This document shows positions 40,430 through 50,277 of a DNA stretch of 64,000 bases, in pieces. This stretch comes from Xanthobacteraceae bacterium (GTDB taxonomy: Bacteria; Pseudomonadota; Alphaproteobacteria; Rhizobiales; Xanthobacteraceae). The stretch spans positions 6,001 through 70,000 of the forward strand of contig DATHPQ010000095.1 of the NCBI GenBank assembly GCA_035483735.1, given 5' to 3'. A program made the translations under genes and the position numbers. Numbering within the stretch: the stretch's first letter is position 1; every line of letters begins with the position of its first letter. The notes under the pieces are model-generated. The model was not told where the DNA came from. It saw only the letters and a list, made by a program, of their open reading frames with translations, and ran no database searches.

Positions 40430-41965
40430 CTAGTCGGCGACGGCCAAGTGTCCGGTATCGGCCGGGCGCGACGAGCGCTTGAACACCAGGAGCAGCGGAA
40501 ACACCGCAAGCGTTGCGATCATCAGCATCTTATAGTCGTCGATATAAGCGATGATCTGCGCTTGCTCGGTGACAACCGAATCGAGCGCGGCGCGGCCGGC
40601 GGCCGTCAGCGGATCCCAGAAATGCGCCACTGAGGGATTGTCAAAGCCGTGATTCACCGCGGTGACATGCGTGGCGATACTGGCGTGATTGATTTGCGTG
40701 TTGCGCGTCAGCAGCGCATTGACCACCGAGATGCCGACGCTCGAGCCGATATTGCGCGACAGATTGTAGAACCCTGCGCCTTCGGTGCGCTGCTCGGCCG
40801 ACAATGTCGACAAGGTCGCGGCGCTGAGCGGCACGAAGAGAAAGCCTAATCCGACACCCTGGACGACGCCGACACCGATGATGGCGGATTCGGATATGTC
40901 CGGCGTCCACCCGGTCATGGCGCTGAACGACCAGGCCGTGAGCGCGAGCCCGATGCCGAGCAAAATGCGCGTATCGACACGTCCGACCAACCGCCCGACG
41001 AGCAGCATCGAAGCCATGGTGCCGACGCCGCGCGGGCCCATGACCAAGCCCGCAGTGACGACGGGATAGTTCATCAGCTCCTGCAAAAAAGGCGGCTGCA
41101 GCGCGAGCGACGAATAGTAAGTCAGTCCGACGATCGATACGAAAACGACACCCGCCGCGAAATTGCGATCGCGGAACAGTTCCGGCCGCACGAAAGGCTT
41201 TTTTGCCGTGAGCGTGTGAACAACAAACAAATAGAATGCCGAAGCCGCGATGATGGCCTCGATGACGATCTCGCCGGAGCCGAACCAATCCTTGATCTCG
41301 CCGCGGTCGAGCATCACCTGCAGCGCGCCGATCGACAGACTGAGCGTGCCGAAGCCGAACCAGTCGAGCTTTTCACCTACGCGCCGCGGGGTATCCGGCA
41401 GGAACGCGGTCATGCCGATAAGGCCAAGAATGCCAATCGGCAAATTGATGTAAAAAACGTAGCGCCAGCTGTAATTTTCGGTGAGCCAGCCGCCGAGCAC
41501 GGGGCCCAGCACCGGGCCGACCATGACGCCGACACCGAACAGCGCCATGGCAAAACCCTGGCGTTCTTTCGGATAGATCGAGAACAGCACCGATTGCGAC
41601 AGCGGCACCAAGGCTGCGCCGAAGGCGCCTTGCAGCACACGGAACAGCACGATCTGCGTCAGGGATTGCGCCATGCCACACAGCATCGAGGCGATGGTGA
41701 AGCCGCTGACGGAAACGAGAAACAGGCGCTTGAGGCCAAAGCGGCCGGCGAGGAAGCCGGTCGGCGGCGTCATGATCGCGGCGGCGACGATGTATGACGT
41801 CAGCACCCAGTCGATCTGATCCTGGCTCGCCGAGACGCTGCCTTGCATATAGGGCAGCGCGACATTGGCGATGGTCGTATCGAGCGCCTGCATCAGAGTG
41901 GCGAGGATCACGCAGAGCGTGACCATGCCGACATTGACGCTGTCTGTTTTGCTTTCAGTGCTCAT
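40430..41965 (-). CDS. emrB: DHA2-family MFS multidrug efflux permease (EmrB/QacA type, 14 TMS)
   Basis: LDTTIANVALPYMQGS..., with 14-TMS MFS architecture; 511 aa. Downstream of an EmrA-like gene and marR. Confidence 0.88.
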   Translation of the reverse strand: MSTESKTDSVNVGMVTLCVILATLMQALDTTIANVALPYMQGSVSASQDQIDWVLTSYIVAAAIMTPPTGFLAGRFGLKRLFLVSVSGFTIASMLCGMAQSLTQIVLFRVLQGAFGAALVPLSQSVLFSIYPKERQGFAMALFGVGVMVGPVLGPVLGGWLTENYSWRYVFYINLPIGILGLIGMTAFLPDTPRRVGEKLDWFGFGTLSLSIGALQVMLDRGEIKDWFGSGEIVIEAIIAASAFYLFVVHTLTAKKPFVRPELFRDRNFAAGVVFVSIVGLTYYSSLALQPPFLQELMNYPVVTAGLVMGPRGVGTMASMLLVGRLVGRVDTRILLGIGLALTAWSFSAMTGWTPDISESAIIGVGVVQGVGLGFLFVPLSAATLSTLSAEQRTEGAGFYNLSRNIGSSVGISVVNALLTRNTQINHASIATHVTAVNHGFDNPSVAHFWDPLTAAGRAALDSVVTEQAQIIAYIDDYKMLMIATLAVFPLLLVFKRSSRPADTGHLAVAD

Positions 41966-41990
41966 AGCGCGAACGAATCAAATGCAACGC

Positions 41991-43124
41991 TCACCACAGA
42001 TGCGGTAAGCCTCGGGCATGACCAGTATCGACATTGACCTCGACACTCATGCCGGCGCGCAGCGGCGGCAATTTCTGGTCGCTGGTATCGACGCGCACGC
42101 GCATCGGCACGCGCTGCACGACCTTCACCCAATTGCCGCTGGTATTCTGCGCCGGCAGCAAAGAGAATTCCTGCGCCGCCGCGGGACTGATGCTCTGCAC
42201 GGTGCCGTGCCAGACGGCGTCCGGATAAGTATCAACCGTCACCGTGACCGGCTGCCCGGGCTTCACATAAGTCAGCTCCGTTTCTTTCGGATTGGCGCTG
42301 ACCCAGAGATGATCGGTGTCGACGAGATAGAACGCAGTCGTCGAGGCGGCGAGATATTTGCCCGGCGCGATACTCGGCACGCTGGTCACCGTGCCGGTGA
42401 ACGGCGCCTTGACCACCGTATGGTCGAGTTCGCGCTGCGCCTCATCGACTTGCGCTTGCGCCTGTAAATATTGCGGATGCTGCGCGGTCTCGATGTCGGC
42501 ATTGCCGCCGAGCCGCGCTAATTGCGTTGCCGCCTGCTGTCGCAGCGATTCAAGCTTACTCTTGTCGTTGAGCAGTGCGTACTGCGCCTGATCGAACACC
42601 GCCTGCGAAACGGTGCCGGACCGGACCAGCATGTTCTCGCGATTGTAATTGGCCTGGTCGAGATCGACCTGCGCCTGCTGCGCCGCCGCGTCGCTCAGCA
42701 TATGTTTGTAATCTTGCTTCATAGCGTCGATGGCGAGCGCGGTCTGCGCCAGATTGGCCTTGGCATTGTCGAGCGCGATCTGAAATTGCCGCGGGTCGAT
42801 GCGATAGAGGATCTGTCCCGCGGCGACATGCTGGTTGTCGCTGACATCGACGTCCTGAACCAGGCCGGCAATGTCGGTCGAAACCGCGACTTTGTCGGCG
42901 TCGACGTAGGCGTCGTCGGTCGACATGATCTTGCCGCCGGTGAAATAGAAATAGCCGCCGACGAAGAGCGCCACCGGAAGAAGCCCGAACAGCGCCCAGC
43001 GTGTCATGCGTTTACGGTCGAATTCGCGCGCAACGCCCGATGGCCGGTCAGCCGACCGCGGCGCGGACGTGACCGCTTCATCGCGCTCCGGCTGCGGCAC
43101 CGGCTTAAGCTTCCGCTCAGCCAT
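41991..43124 (-). CDS. emrA: HlyD/EmrA-family membrane fusion protein
   Basis: Single N-terminal TM, coiled-coil and barrel-sandwich regions typical of EmrA. Start chosen at ATG 43124 (MAERKL..., GGAGAG SD; 8-nt overlap with marR). ORF-track start 43166 is possible. Confidence 0.85.
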   Translation of the reverse strand: MAERKLKPVPQPERDEAVTSAPRSADRPSGVAREFDRKRMTRWALFGLLPVALFVGGYFYFTGGKIMSTDDAYVDADKVAVSTDIAGLVQDVDVSDNQHVAAGQILYRIDPRQFQIALDNAKANLAQTALAIDAMKQDYKHMLSDAAAQQAQVDLDQANYNRENMLVRSGTVSQAVFDQAQYALLNDKSKLESLRQQAATQLARLGGNADIETAQHPQYLQAQAQVDEAQRELDHTVVKAPFTGTVTSVPSIAPGKYLAASTTAFYLVDTDHLWVSANPKETELTYVKPGQPVTVTVDTYPDAVWHGTVQSISPAAAQEFSLLPAQNTSGNWVKVVQRVPMRVRVDTSDQKLPPLRAGMSVEVNVDTGHARGLPHLW

Positions 43125-43611
43125 AACGGCGCTCTCCGTCTTCTTTTTTCGGCGTTGCCGCCGCATTCTTTTGCTGGATCGCCTGGCGCAAATTCTCTTT
43201 CACAATGGCGAGCTTGGTGACCATCATCTCGACATGCTCGCGCTCGACGCCGGCAAGTGCCGTCGTCATCAGCTCCTCGCCGAGGTCGCCAAGCTGTTCG
43301 AGCAGCGGCTTGGCCTTGGGCGTGAGATAAAGGAGCTTGGCTCGGCGATCGTTGGGATCGGGCCGGCGCTCGATCAGGCTGCATTCGGAAAGCCGGTCGA
43401 GCAGGCGTGTCAGAGTGATCGGCTGCAGGTCGAGCATCTCAGCCAATTCAGCCTGCTTCAGACCCTCGAACCGGTCGAGGCGCACCAGGACCACCCATTG
43501 CGCACGGGTGATGCCGAACTGGCTGGCTTTATAGTCGGCATAGGTCCGGAGCATCCGGGCTACGTCATTGAGCATAAAGCCGAATTCTCTATTGAGGGAG
43601 CGAGGCAGCAT
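43117..43611 (-). CDS. MarR-family transcriptional regulator
   Basis: Winged-HTH core ITRAQWVVLVRLDRFEGLKQAELAEMLDLQPITLTRLLDRL...DPNDRRAKLL. Confidence 0.88.
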   Translation of the reverse strand: MLPRSLNREFGFMLNDVARMLRTYADYKASQFGITRAQWVVLVRLDRFEGLKQAELAEMLDLQPITLTRLLDRLSECSLIERRPDPNDRRAKLLYLTPKAKPLLEQLGDLGEELMTTALAGVEREHVEMMVTKLAIVKENLRQAIQQKNAAATPKKEDGERRYG

Positions 43612-43665
43612 GGCAGTCTCCGAGGGTGCATCTAGCGAATCGGGTCGATCAGACGCCTACGTAAT

Positions 43666-43679
43666 ATAAGGTCACTTAT
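43666..43679. promoter_or_regulatory. candidate MarR operator (inverted repeat) in the AT-rich marR promoter region
   Basis: ATAAG-GTCA-CTTAT within TACGTAATATAAGGTCACTTATTAAATTTATG, 55-68 nt upstream of the marR start. Confidence 0.3.
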
Positions 43680-43734
43680 TAAATTTATGTGTCGGAAATG
43701 GCGCAGAGCAGCCCTGCGAAGCCGTCATTGCGGC

Positions 43735-44304
43735 CTAGGCCAGTCCGAGCTCGGCAAAGGCCGTCATGTGCTGGTCCGCGGCGCTTTGGGAAAAGCAGCA
43801 AAATATGACCCGAGCCACGCCGCGGGGTGAGGCGGTCAGATCGGCTACCACGGTGCCGACCGCGATTCGCGCCGCACGATCCGGCGGGAAGCGGTAGATG
43901 CCGGTCGAAATCGCCGGATAGGCGATCGAGGCAACGCTTTGCGGAGCGGCGAGATCGAGCGCGGTGCGGTAGCACGCGGACAGCAGCTCGTCTTCGCCGG
44001 CGCCGCCGCCGCTCCACACCGGACCAACGGCGTGAATGACGTATTTTGCCGGCAGCCGAAAACCGGGCGTGATTTTCGCGCTGCCTGTGGCGCAACCGCC
44101 AAGCTTCTCGCAAGCGACCAGCAATTCCGGCCCGGCGGCGCGATGAATCGCGCCATCGACGCCGCCGCCGCCGAGCAAACTACGATTGGCAGCATTGACG
44201 ATGGCATCGACAGTAAGCGTCGTAATGTCGGCGACGCAGATTTCGAGTTTTGCCGAACCGATGTCGGCAATCAGGAGCGGCCCGACACTGGTCATAGCCA
44301 TCAA
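43735..44304 (-). CDS. macro domain protein (YmdB-like O-acetyl-ADP-ribose deacetylase family)
   Basis: [34 protein letters not shown]...[10 protein letters not shown] are macro-domain motifs. Confidence 0.85.
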   Translation of the reverse strand: MMAMTSVGPLLIADIGSAKLEICVADITTLTVDAIVNAANRSLLGGGGVDGAIHRAAGPELLVACEKLGGCATGSAKITPGFRLPAKYVIHAVGPVWSGGGAGEDELLSACYRTALDLAAPQSVASIAYPAISTGIYRFPPDRAARIAVGTVVADLTASPRGVARVIFCCFSQSAADQHMTAFAELGLA

Positions 44305-44325
44305 TCTATCACGATCGCGGCGGCG

Positions 44326-45426
44326 TCAGGCCCACTCCGCTTGCGCTTCCGCCTGCAAGTCGACGGTGCTCTTGACGCCGATATCGTCAAAATGCTCGTC
44401 GAGGAAGCGCCGCGCGGCCCGCTTGCCGCTGAGATGCAGCATGTCGAAGAAGTCGTAATCGGTCGACAGCTTGCTGAAGGCGTCGAAATGCGTGCCGAAA
44501 CGGTCGAGGACGATGCGGTGCACGTTGATGCGCCGGTATTCTCCTGGCCCGGTGCCGCGCGGCAGCCGGCCTTGATCGATCAGCCGCGCCACGAAATCGA
44601 TGGCGCGGAATTCGTCGATCAGCGACGAGTTGAACGTGATTTCGTTGATACGATTCATGATCTCGCTGGCCGAGGTCGGCGTCGACTTCCGCTCCGGCGG
44701 ATTGATCTCGACGACCAGCACATCCTCGGTGCTGGTGGTGCGAAAAAACGGAAAGATCACCGGATTGCCGCGATAGCCGCCATCCCAATACGGCACGCCG
44801 TCGATCTCGACCGCGCGAAACAAGGTCGGCAGGCAAGCCGACGCCATGACGGCATCTGCTGTGATCTTTTCGCGGCTGAAAATGCGCACGCGCCCGGTAT
44901 GGACATTGGTCGCCGAAACGAAAATTTGCAGATCGGTATTGGCGCGCAGCTTCTCGAAATCGACGAAACGCTCGATCAGATCCTTGAGCGGATTGATGTT
45001 GAGCGGATTGACGTCATAGGGCGAAAAATAGCGCGAAATCGCGTTGATCCAGGCCTGCACCGGCGCGCCTTCGAGCGGCGTGAACGACAACAACCGCTCC
45101 ATCACCGCGCGCTGCGTGCCCGGCAGATTTCCCGTACTCGACGCGGCCCGCCAGAAATCGGCAAGCCGTTTTTGCGCTTCTTCGCGGCCGCCGCGGGTCA
45201 GACCGTCGGCCAACATCACAGCGTTGACCGCCCCCGCCGAGGCGCCGGAGACGCCCTCGATGACAAGCCGCTCGTCACTTAGAATCTGCTCGAGCACGCC
45301 CCAGGTGAACGCGCCATGCGCGCCGCCGCCCTGTAGCGCGAGATTGATGCGCTTTGCCTGAGGCGCGGCATTTTTGTCTGCCGCGCGCCCAGGAAGGATT
45401 GCCGAGAGGAGATTTTTCATGCCCAA
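44326..45426 (-). CDS. patatin-like phospholipase family protein
   Basis: Oxyanion GGGAHGAF, nucleophile elbow GVSGASAGA (GxSxG), and catalytic Asp block YWDGGY. Confidence 0.85.
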   Translation of the reverse strand: MGMKNLLSAILPGRAADKNAAPQAKRINLALQGGGAHGAFTWGVLEQILSDERLVIEGVSGASAGAVNAVMLADGLTRGGREEAQKRLADFWRAASSTGNLPGTQRAVMERLLSFTPLEGAPVQAWINAISRYFSPYDVNPLNINPLKDLIERFVDFEKLRANTDLQIFVSATNVHTGRVRIFSREKITADAVMASACLPTLFRAVEIDGVPYWDGGYRGNPVIFPFFRTTSTEDVLVVEINPPERKSTPTSASEIMNRINEITFNSSLIDEFRAIDFVARLIDQGRLPRGTGPGEYRRINVHRIVLDRFGTHFDAFSKLSTDYDFFDMLHLSGKRAARRFLDEHFDDIGVKSTVDLQAEAQAEWA

Positions 45427-45451
45427 GGTTTCATGCCCAAGGCACGATGGC

Positions 45452-46234
45452 TCATTCGGCGGTCCAGCCGCCGTCGATTGAAATATTGGCGCCAGTGATC
45501 GATTTGGCGGAATCGGACGCGAGATAGACCGCGAGGTCGGCGACTTCGTCGACGGTGACGAATTCCTTGGTCGGCTGCGCCGCCAACAGCACGTCGCGCT
45601 TGACCTGCTCCGCCGTCATGTTGCGCGCCTTCATCGTGTCGGGAATCTGTTTCTCGACGAGTGGCGTCCAGACATAGCCGGGGCTGATGCAGTTCGCGGT
45701 AATGCCGAAGGTCGCGACTTCGAGCGCGACGGTCTTGGTGAGACCGGCAAGGCCGTGCTTGGCGGTGACATACGCCGACTTGAACGGCGAGGCGACGAGC
45801 GAATGGGCCGAAGCGGTATTGATGATCCGGCCCCATTTGCGCGCCTTCATCCCGGGCACCGCGGTGCGGATGGTGTGAAATGCCGACACCAGGTTGATGG
45901 CAATGATCAGATTCCATTGGTCGACCGGAAATTCCTCGATCGGGGCGACGTGTTGGATGCCGGCATTGTTGACCAGGATATCGAGCGTGCCGAACGTCGA
46001 TTCGCTCGACTTGATCATGTCCACGATCTGATCCGGCTTGGTCATGTCAGCCGGCGAATAAACCGCCTTGACGCCGAAATCTTTCTCGATGCTGCTGCGC
46101 TCTTTCTCGATCGCATCCTTGTCGCCGAAGCCGTTGATGGTGACATTGGCGCCCTGCTTGGCAAAGGCGCGGGCATAAGCGAGACCGATGCCCGAGGTTG
46201 AACCCGTCACCAGTGCGGACTTTCCTTTCAGCAT
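45452..46234 (-). CDS. bdhA: 3-hydroxybutyrate dehydrogenase (SDR, 260 aa)
   Basis: LKGKSALVTGSTSGIGLAYA, NNAGIQHVAPIE, and SAYVTAKHGL (YxxxK), with strong overall resemblance to BdhA. Start moved to ATG 46234. Confidence 0.85.
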   Translation of the reverse strand: MLKGKSALVTGSTSGIGLAYARAFAKQGANVTINGFGDKDAIEKERSSIEKDFGVKAVYSPADMTKPDQIVDMIKSSESTFGTLDILVNNAGIQHVAPIEEFPVDQWNLIIAINLVSAFHTIRTAVPGMKARKWGRIINTASAHSLVASPFKSAYVTAKHGLAGLTKTVALEVATFGITANCISPGYVWTPLVEKQIPDTMKARNMTAEQVKRDVLLAAQPTKEFVTVDEVADLAVYLASDSAKSITGANISIDGGWTAE

Positions 46235-46488
46235 GACAAACCTCAATTCGATGTTGATTGATAGCGGTTGATCGAACAAAAGTGACCGCCACGGGGACGG
46301 GCGCGGGCGGCGTCTGAACTTGCAAAAGTCCGCGGGACTTTGGGACGCTTCCTGTTGCAGCGCAATATAAAAAGTCGGGGAACCGTCACGTTTTCGCGAT
46401 CCTTAGAGCGATGCGCTAAACTCTCCGTTGCGGCCCGAAGGATGACAAGGTTTGAGCCGTCAAATTGGGCTACTAGAGTGACTGAGCG

Positions 46489-47004
46489 ATGACGAACACA
46501 TCCCAGACTGTCTTCCCGGCGCCCGATCACGACCACGAGCGCTGCGCTAATGCGGCGATCGCGCATGCCGAAGCGCATTGCGCGGCGCGCGCACAACGGC
46601 TGACGCCGATCCGCCGCCATGTGCTCGAGGCGCTATTGGCGAGCCACAAGCCGCTCGGCGCTTACGAGATCATCGAACACTTGGCACAGCACGGTCCCGC
46701 GCAAAATCGGCCGGCGCCGATCACGATTTATCGGGCGCTGGATTTTCTGCGCGACAATGGCTTGGTGCATCGCATCGAAAGCCGTAACGCCTTTGTCGCC
46801 TGCGGACATAATCACGGCGACAACGACCTTGTCGTCTTTCTGATTTGCGAGAAATGCGGCGCGGTCGGCGAAGCGCCCGATGGCGGTGCGGCCGAAGCGT
46901 TGAAGGCGTCGGCGCGAGCAGCTGGATTTTCGCCGAAGAGCCCGCTTATTGAAATCGCCGGCGTCTGCTCGCATTGCCGGGAAAGCCGAAGCGCCGGCGT
47001 TTGA
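46489..47004 (+). CDS. zur: Fur-family metalloregulator, probably Zur
   Basis: Fur-family DNA-binding region (LTPIRRHVLEALLASHKPLGAYEIIEHL...TIYRALDFL), Cys clusters (CEKCG ... CSHC), and a His/Cys-rich N-terminal extension as in alphaproteobacterial Zur. The paralogue assignment is not certain. Confidence 0.6.
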   Translation: MTNTSQTVFPAPDHDHERCANAAIAHAEAHCAARAQRLTPIRRHVLEALLASHKPLGAYEIIEHLAQHGPAQNRPAPITIYRALDFLRDNGLVHRIESRNAFVACGHNHGDNDLVVFLICEKCGAVGEAPDGGAAEALKASARAAGFSPKSPLIEIAGVCSHCRESRSAGV

Positions 47005-47014
47005 GCATCATGCT

Positions 47015-47734
47015 CTAGTATTTCGGCATCCTATAGCGCCGGCGATAAACGTCACTCTCGAACGCCAAGGCATCGCGCGTGGCGACGAGCTTTGTCGCAT
47101 CTTCTTGAGTGAGTGCCTCATAGCGGCCAGTCCAGGCTTCACGTTTCACCGGCAGACATTGCGCGACCGGCGTGCCTTTGGGCAACACCCCGTTGAAGTC
47201 GGCATCGTGCCACCGCGCCGGAAAATTCAGCGGACTGTCGTGGAACGAATCGCAGTCGACCAGGCCAGTGAGCGTGGTGAACGGCAGATCGGTGCGATTG
47301 ACCGGATGGGTGAATAGCAGCGAATAACCCGCCGGCGCCTCGATGGTCCAAAACGAATTGAACTTGATGATGAAGCGGTCGTCCTCAAAGAACGGCGTGC
47401 CCGCGACCTGGCCGGGATCATGAAAGTCGATCGGGGAATGTGAGAATTCGCTGACATAGCCTTGCGGGACGTCGAAGTCCCATTTGAACTCGCCGTCGCG
47501 GACTTCCAGATCGATGGCAAGCGGAATGAGAAATCCGTAGATCATCGCGTCGATGAACGGCGGACATTTTTTTACCGTGGGCGTGTCCCTGCCCGTGGTC
47601 GCACTGAATGCCTTTGCCGGCATGGTCTTGAACCAGTCGGGAAGGCCGCGAACCGCTGCAATGGGGCGCGGCAGGATCGCCTCGAGTGCCGGCGGACAGC
47701 GGAATGTCAGGGTCATTTCGCCAGCCTGGTCCAC
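47015..47734 (-). CDS. conserved hypothetical protein (239 aa; possibly DUF6065-like, assignment from memory only)
   Basis: Clean ORF with protein-like composition. Motifs KKCPPFIDAMIYGFLIPL and WTIEAPAGYSLLFTHPVNRTDLPFTTLTGLVDCD. Alternative start ATG 47716. Confidence 0.6.
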   Translation of the reverse strand: MDQAGEMTLTFRCPPALEAILPRPIAAVRGLPDWFKTMPAKAFSATTGRDTPTVKKCPPFIDAMIYGFLIPLAIDLEVRDGEFKWDFDVPQGYVSEFSHSPIDFHDPGQVAGTPFFEDDRFIIKFNSFWTIEAPAGYSLLFTHPVNRTDLPFTTLTGLVDCDSFHDSPLNFPARWHDADFNGVLPKGTPVAQCLPVKREAWTGRYEALTQEDATKLVATRDALAFESDVYRRRYRMPKY

Positions 47735-47888
47735 CGTCCCAACCCTCGGAAAGCGCTAATAGATCGTCGCCCTGACGATCAAAATCTACGTTGCCAGCCG
47801 GCCTGTGTATATGGAAAATTATGCGATACCTATAATACGTTTACGGGCCAGATTCCGACCAAGGATCGGCCGAGGCACAGCGTAGGCG

Positions 47889-48719
47889 ATGGCAATCAGA
47901 CCTGCGTTTCCCGACGAAGCACTCGAACGCGCAAGCTTGGCGTTGAATAATCACCGCGCCAAAGACGCCGAGCGGATTGCGGCCGACGTGCTCCGTGTCG
48001 ATCCGCGTCACACTCGTGCTTCGCACATTTTGGGTTGTGCTCTCCTGGCGCAGGGCCGCGCGGAGGACGCGGTTGCGCTCCTCGAAAATGCCGCGCGCGG
48101 CAAGCACGACCCGGAGATCGATACGGTACTGGCGATGGCGCTGCGGCAGACGGGCCGTTCGGAAGACGCTTTGGGCCGTCTTCGGCGGACGGCCAAACGT
48201 CATCCGCGCTTTGCCGCGGCATGGCGCGAGCTTGGTTCGATCTTGTTCGCGCAGGGCCATTGCGACGAAGCGATCGAGGCGCTCACGCGCGGGCTCGATG
48301 CTGCACCGATGATGCCCGAGCTTTCGATCCAGCTCGGCTATGTTTTCCTGCATCGGCGCAATTGCACCAGCGCCAAATCGGCCTTCGCGCGTGCTCTCGC
48401 AATTGCGCCCAATTCGGCCGAAGCGCTGCTCGGCATCGCCAAGGCGCATCAAGAAATCGGCGAGAATGAAATCGCCGCCGACTACTTTCGCCGCTATCTG
48501 ATGTTACGGCCGAGCGACGCCAATGCATGGCTCACGCTCGGCCATTGTCTCCTGGAAGCGAGCCAGCGCGACGCCGGATACGACTGCTTTCGAGCGGTCG
48601 CGCGCAATAATCCGGAGCGCTACAGCGAGGCGCTCGGCGCCTTTGTCGCGTCAGGCCATGGCCGATTTTGGCTGCGACCGAGCGCAGCGGCGAACTTTCT
48701 CTGCGGCAAAAAGAGTTGA
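47889..48719 (+). CDS. tetratricopeptide repeat (TPR) protein
   Basis: Repeated A/L/G-rich 34-aa units (e.g. ILGCALLAQGRAEDAVALLENA, LGSILFAQGHCDEAIEALTRGL). Confidence 0.7.
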   Translation: MAIRPAFPDEALERASLALNNHRAKDAERIAADVLRVDPRHTRASHILGCALLAQGRAEDAVALLENAARGKHDPEIDTVLAMALRQTGRSEDALGRLRRTAKRHPRFAAAWRELGSILFAQGHCDEAIEALTRGLDAAPMMPELSIQLGYVFLHRRNCTSAKSAFARALAIAPNSAEALLGIAKAHQEIGENEIAADYFRRYLMLRPSDANAWLTLGHCLLEASQRDAGYDCFRAVARNNPERYSEALGAFVASGHGRFWLRPSAAANFLCGKKS

Positions 48720-49020
48720 CTTTGGCAGCAATCGGCCGCCTCGGGATGGCACTTTCCCCCGCGCCGAGCCGGCCATGGGTTTCATAAATTAGATATGTAA
48801 TATCAACTAGATAAGTAAACCGAACCGGCCGCAAAGACGCCGCGGCTCCAGGGCGGCGCACGGCATTTAATCTCATCGCAATCCTTAAGCCAAAGGCTCC
48901 TCGTCAACGGGGCGTAGTGAGGCTATATGCTGGGGGTCAAATTCAGCCTTTTCGCATTTTGGCGATGGCGCCGGCCCGGCTGGCGTCCGACGAAGTAAGA
49001 CATGCGAGACATGTAAGGAC

Positions 49021-50277
49021 TTGCCCATGATGGAATTTTCCGGTCCCGCCGCGAGGCACAAAACCGTTGCCGTGAAGGTCGGCAATGTGACGGTCGGCGG
49101 CGGTGCGCCCGTTGTGGTGCAATCGATGACCAATACCGACACGGCCGATGTCGAGGCAACCACCAAGCAGGTCGCGGCGCTGGCGCGCACCGGATCGGAA
49201 ATCGTGCGCATCACTGTCGACCGCGACGAAGCCGCGGCCGCGGTGCCGCATATCAAAGAACGCCTTCTGAAAATGAAAGTCGACGTGCCGATCGTCGGCG
49301 ACTTCCATTACATCGGCCACAAGCTTCTAGCCGACCACCCGGCCTGCGCCGAGGCCCTCGACAAATATCGCATCAATCCGGGCAATGTCGGCTTCAAGGA
49401 AAAGAAGGACAAACAGTTCGGCGCCATCGTCGAAACCGCGATCCGTCACAACAAGCCGGTGCGCATCGGCGCCAATTGGGGTTCGCTCGATCAGGAGCTG
49501 CTGACGCATCTGATGGACGAGAATTCGCGCTCGAATAATCCGATCGGTGCGCGCGACGTGACACGCGAAGCGATGGTGCAATCGGCGCTGCTGTCGGCGG
49601 AACGCGCCGAGGAAATCGGCCTGCCGCGCTCGAAAATCATCCTTTCGGCCAAGGTTTCCGCCGTGCAGGATCTGATCGGCGTCTACGGCGAATTGGCGCG
49701 CCGTTCCGACTACGCGCTGCATCTGGGGCTGACCGAAGCCGGCATGGGTTCGAAGGGTATCGTTGCTTCATCGGCGGCGATGGGCGTGCTGCTGCAGCTA
49801 GGCATCGGCGACACGATCCGCGTTTCGCTGACGCCGGAGCCCAATGGCGACCGCACGCTCGAGGTCAAAGTCGGCCAGGAATTGTTGCAGACCGTCGGCT
49901 TGCGCACCTTCGTGCCGCTGGTTGCCGCCTGCCCCGGTTGCGGCCGTACCACCTCGACGACGTTTCAGGAGCTCGCCGCCAGCATCCAGAAATTCATCCG
50001 CGACTCGATGCCGGAATGGAAGACGCGGTATCCGGGAGTGGAGGGCCTCAACGTCGCGGTCATGGGCTGCATCGTCAACGGGCCGGGCGAATCGAAACAT
50101 GCCGATATCGGCATTTCGCTGCCGGGCACGGGTGAGCAGCCGACAGCGCCTGTTTTCATCGACGGCAAGAAGGCGATGACGCTGCGCGGCCCGACGGTAG
50201 CAGCCGATTTTCAGAAAATCGTCATCGACTATATCGAGCAGCGATTCGGCACCCCCCGCCAGACTGCGGCGGAATAG
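49021..50277 (+). CDS. ispG: 4-hydroxy-3-methylbut-2-en-1-yl diphosphate synthase (GcpE)
   Basis: [31 protein letters not shown], and the C-terminal Fe-S motif [11 protein letters not shown]. Start is TTG 49021 or ATG 49027/49030. Confidence 0.95.
   Translation: MPMMEFSGPAARHKTVAVKVGNVTVGGGAPVVVQSMTNTDTADVEATTKQVAALARTGSEIVRITVDRDEAAAAVPHIKERLLKMKVDVPIVGDFHYIGHKLLADHPACAEALDKYRINPGNVGFKEKKDKQFGAIVETAIRHNKPVRIGANWGSLDQELLTHLMDENSRSNNPIGARDVTREAMVQSALLSAERAEEIGLPRSKIILSAKVSAVQDLIGVYGELARRSDYALHLGLTEAGMGSKGIVASSAAMGVLLQLGIGDTIRVSLTPEPNGDRTLEVKVGQELLQTVGLRTFVPLVAACPGCGRTTSTTFQELAASIQKFIRDSMPEWKTRYPGVEGLNVAVMGCIVNGPGESKHADIGISLPGTGEQPTAPVFIDGKKAMTLRGPTVAADFQKIVIDYIEQRFGTPRQTAAE

Noticed and set aside
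43939-45282. 447-aa plus-strand ORF opposite the macro and patatin genes
   Set aside because: The minus-strand genes carry intact catalytic motifs ([10 protein letters not shown]; GxSxG/DGG). The plus-strand product is Arg/Ala/Gly-rich low complexity.
43735-45426. Patatin + macro domain as an anti-phage (CBASS-like or ADP-ribose-signalling) defence module
   Set aside because: There is no cyclase/nucleotidyltransferase, sensor, TIR/SIR2 or other signalling partner. The pair is tightly coupled to bdhA in a core-like neighbourhood with normal GC, so a metabolic role is more parsimonious.
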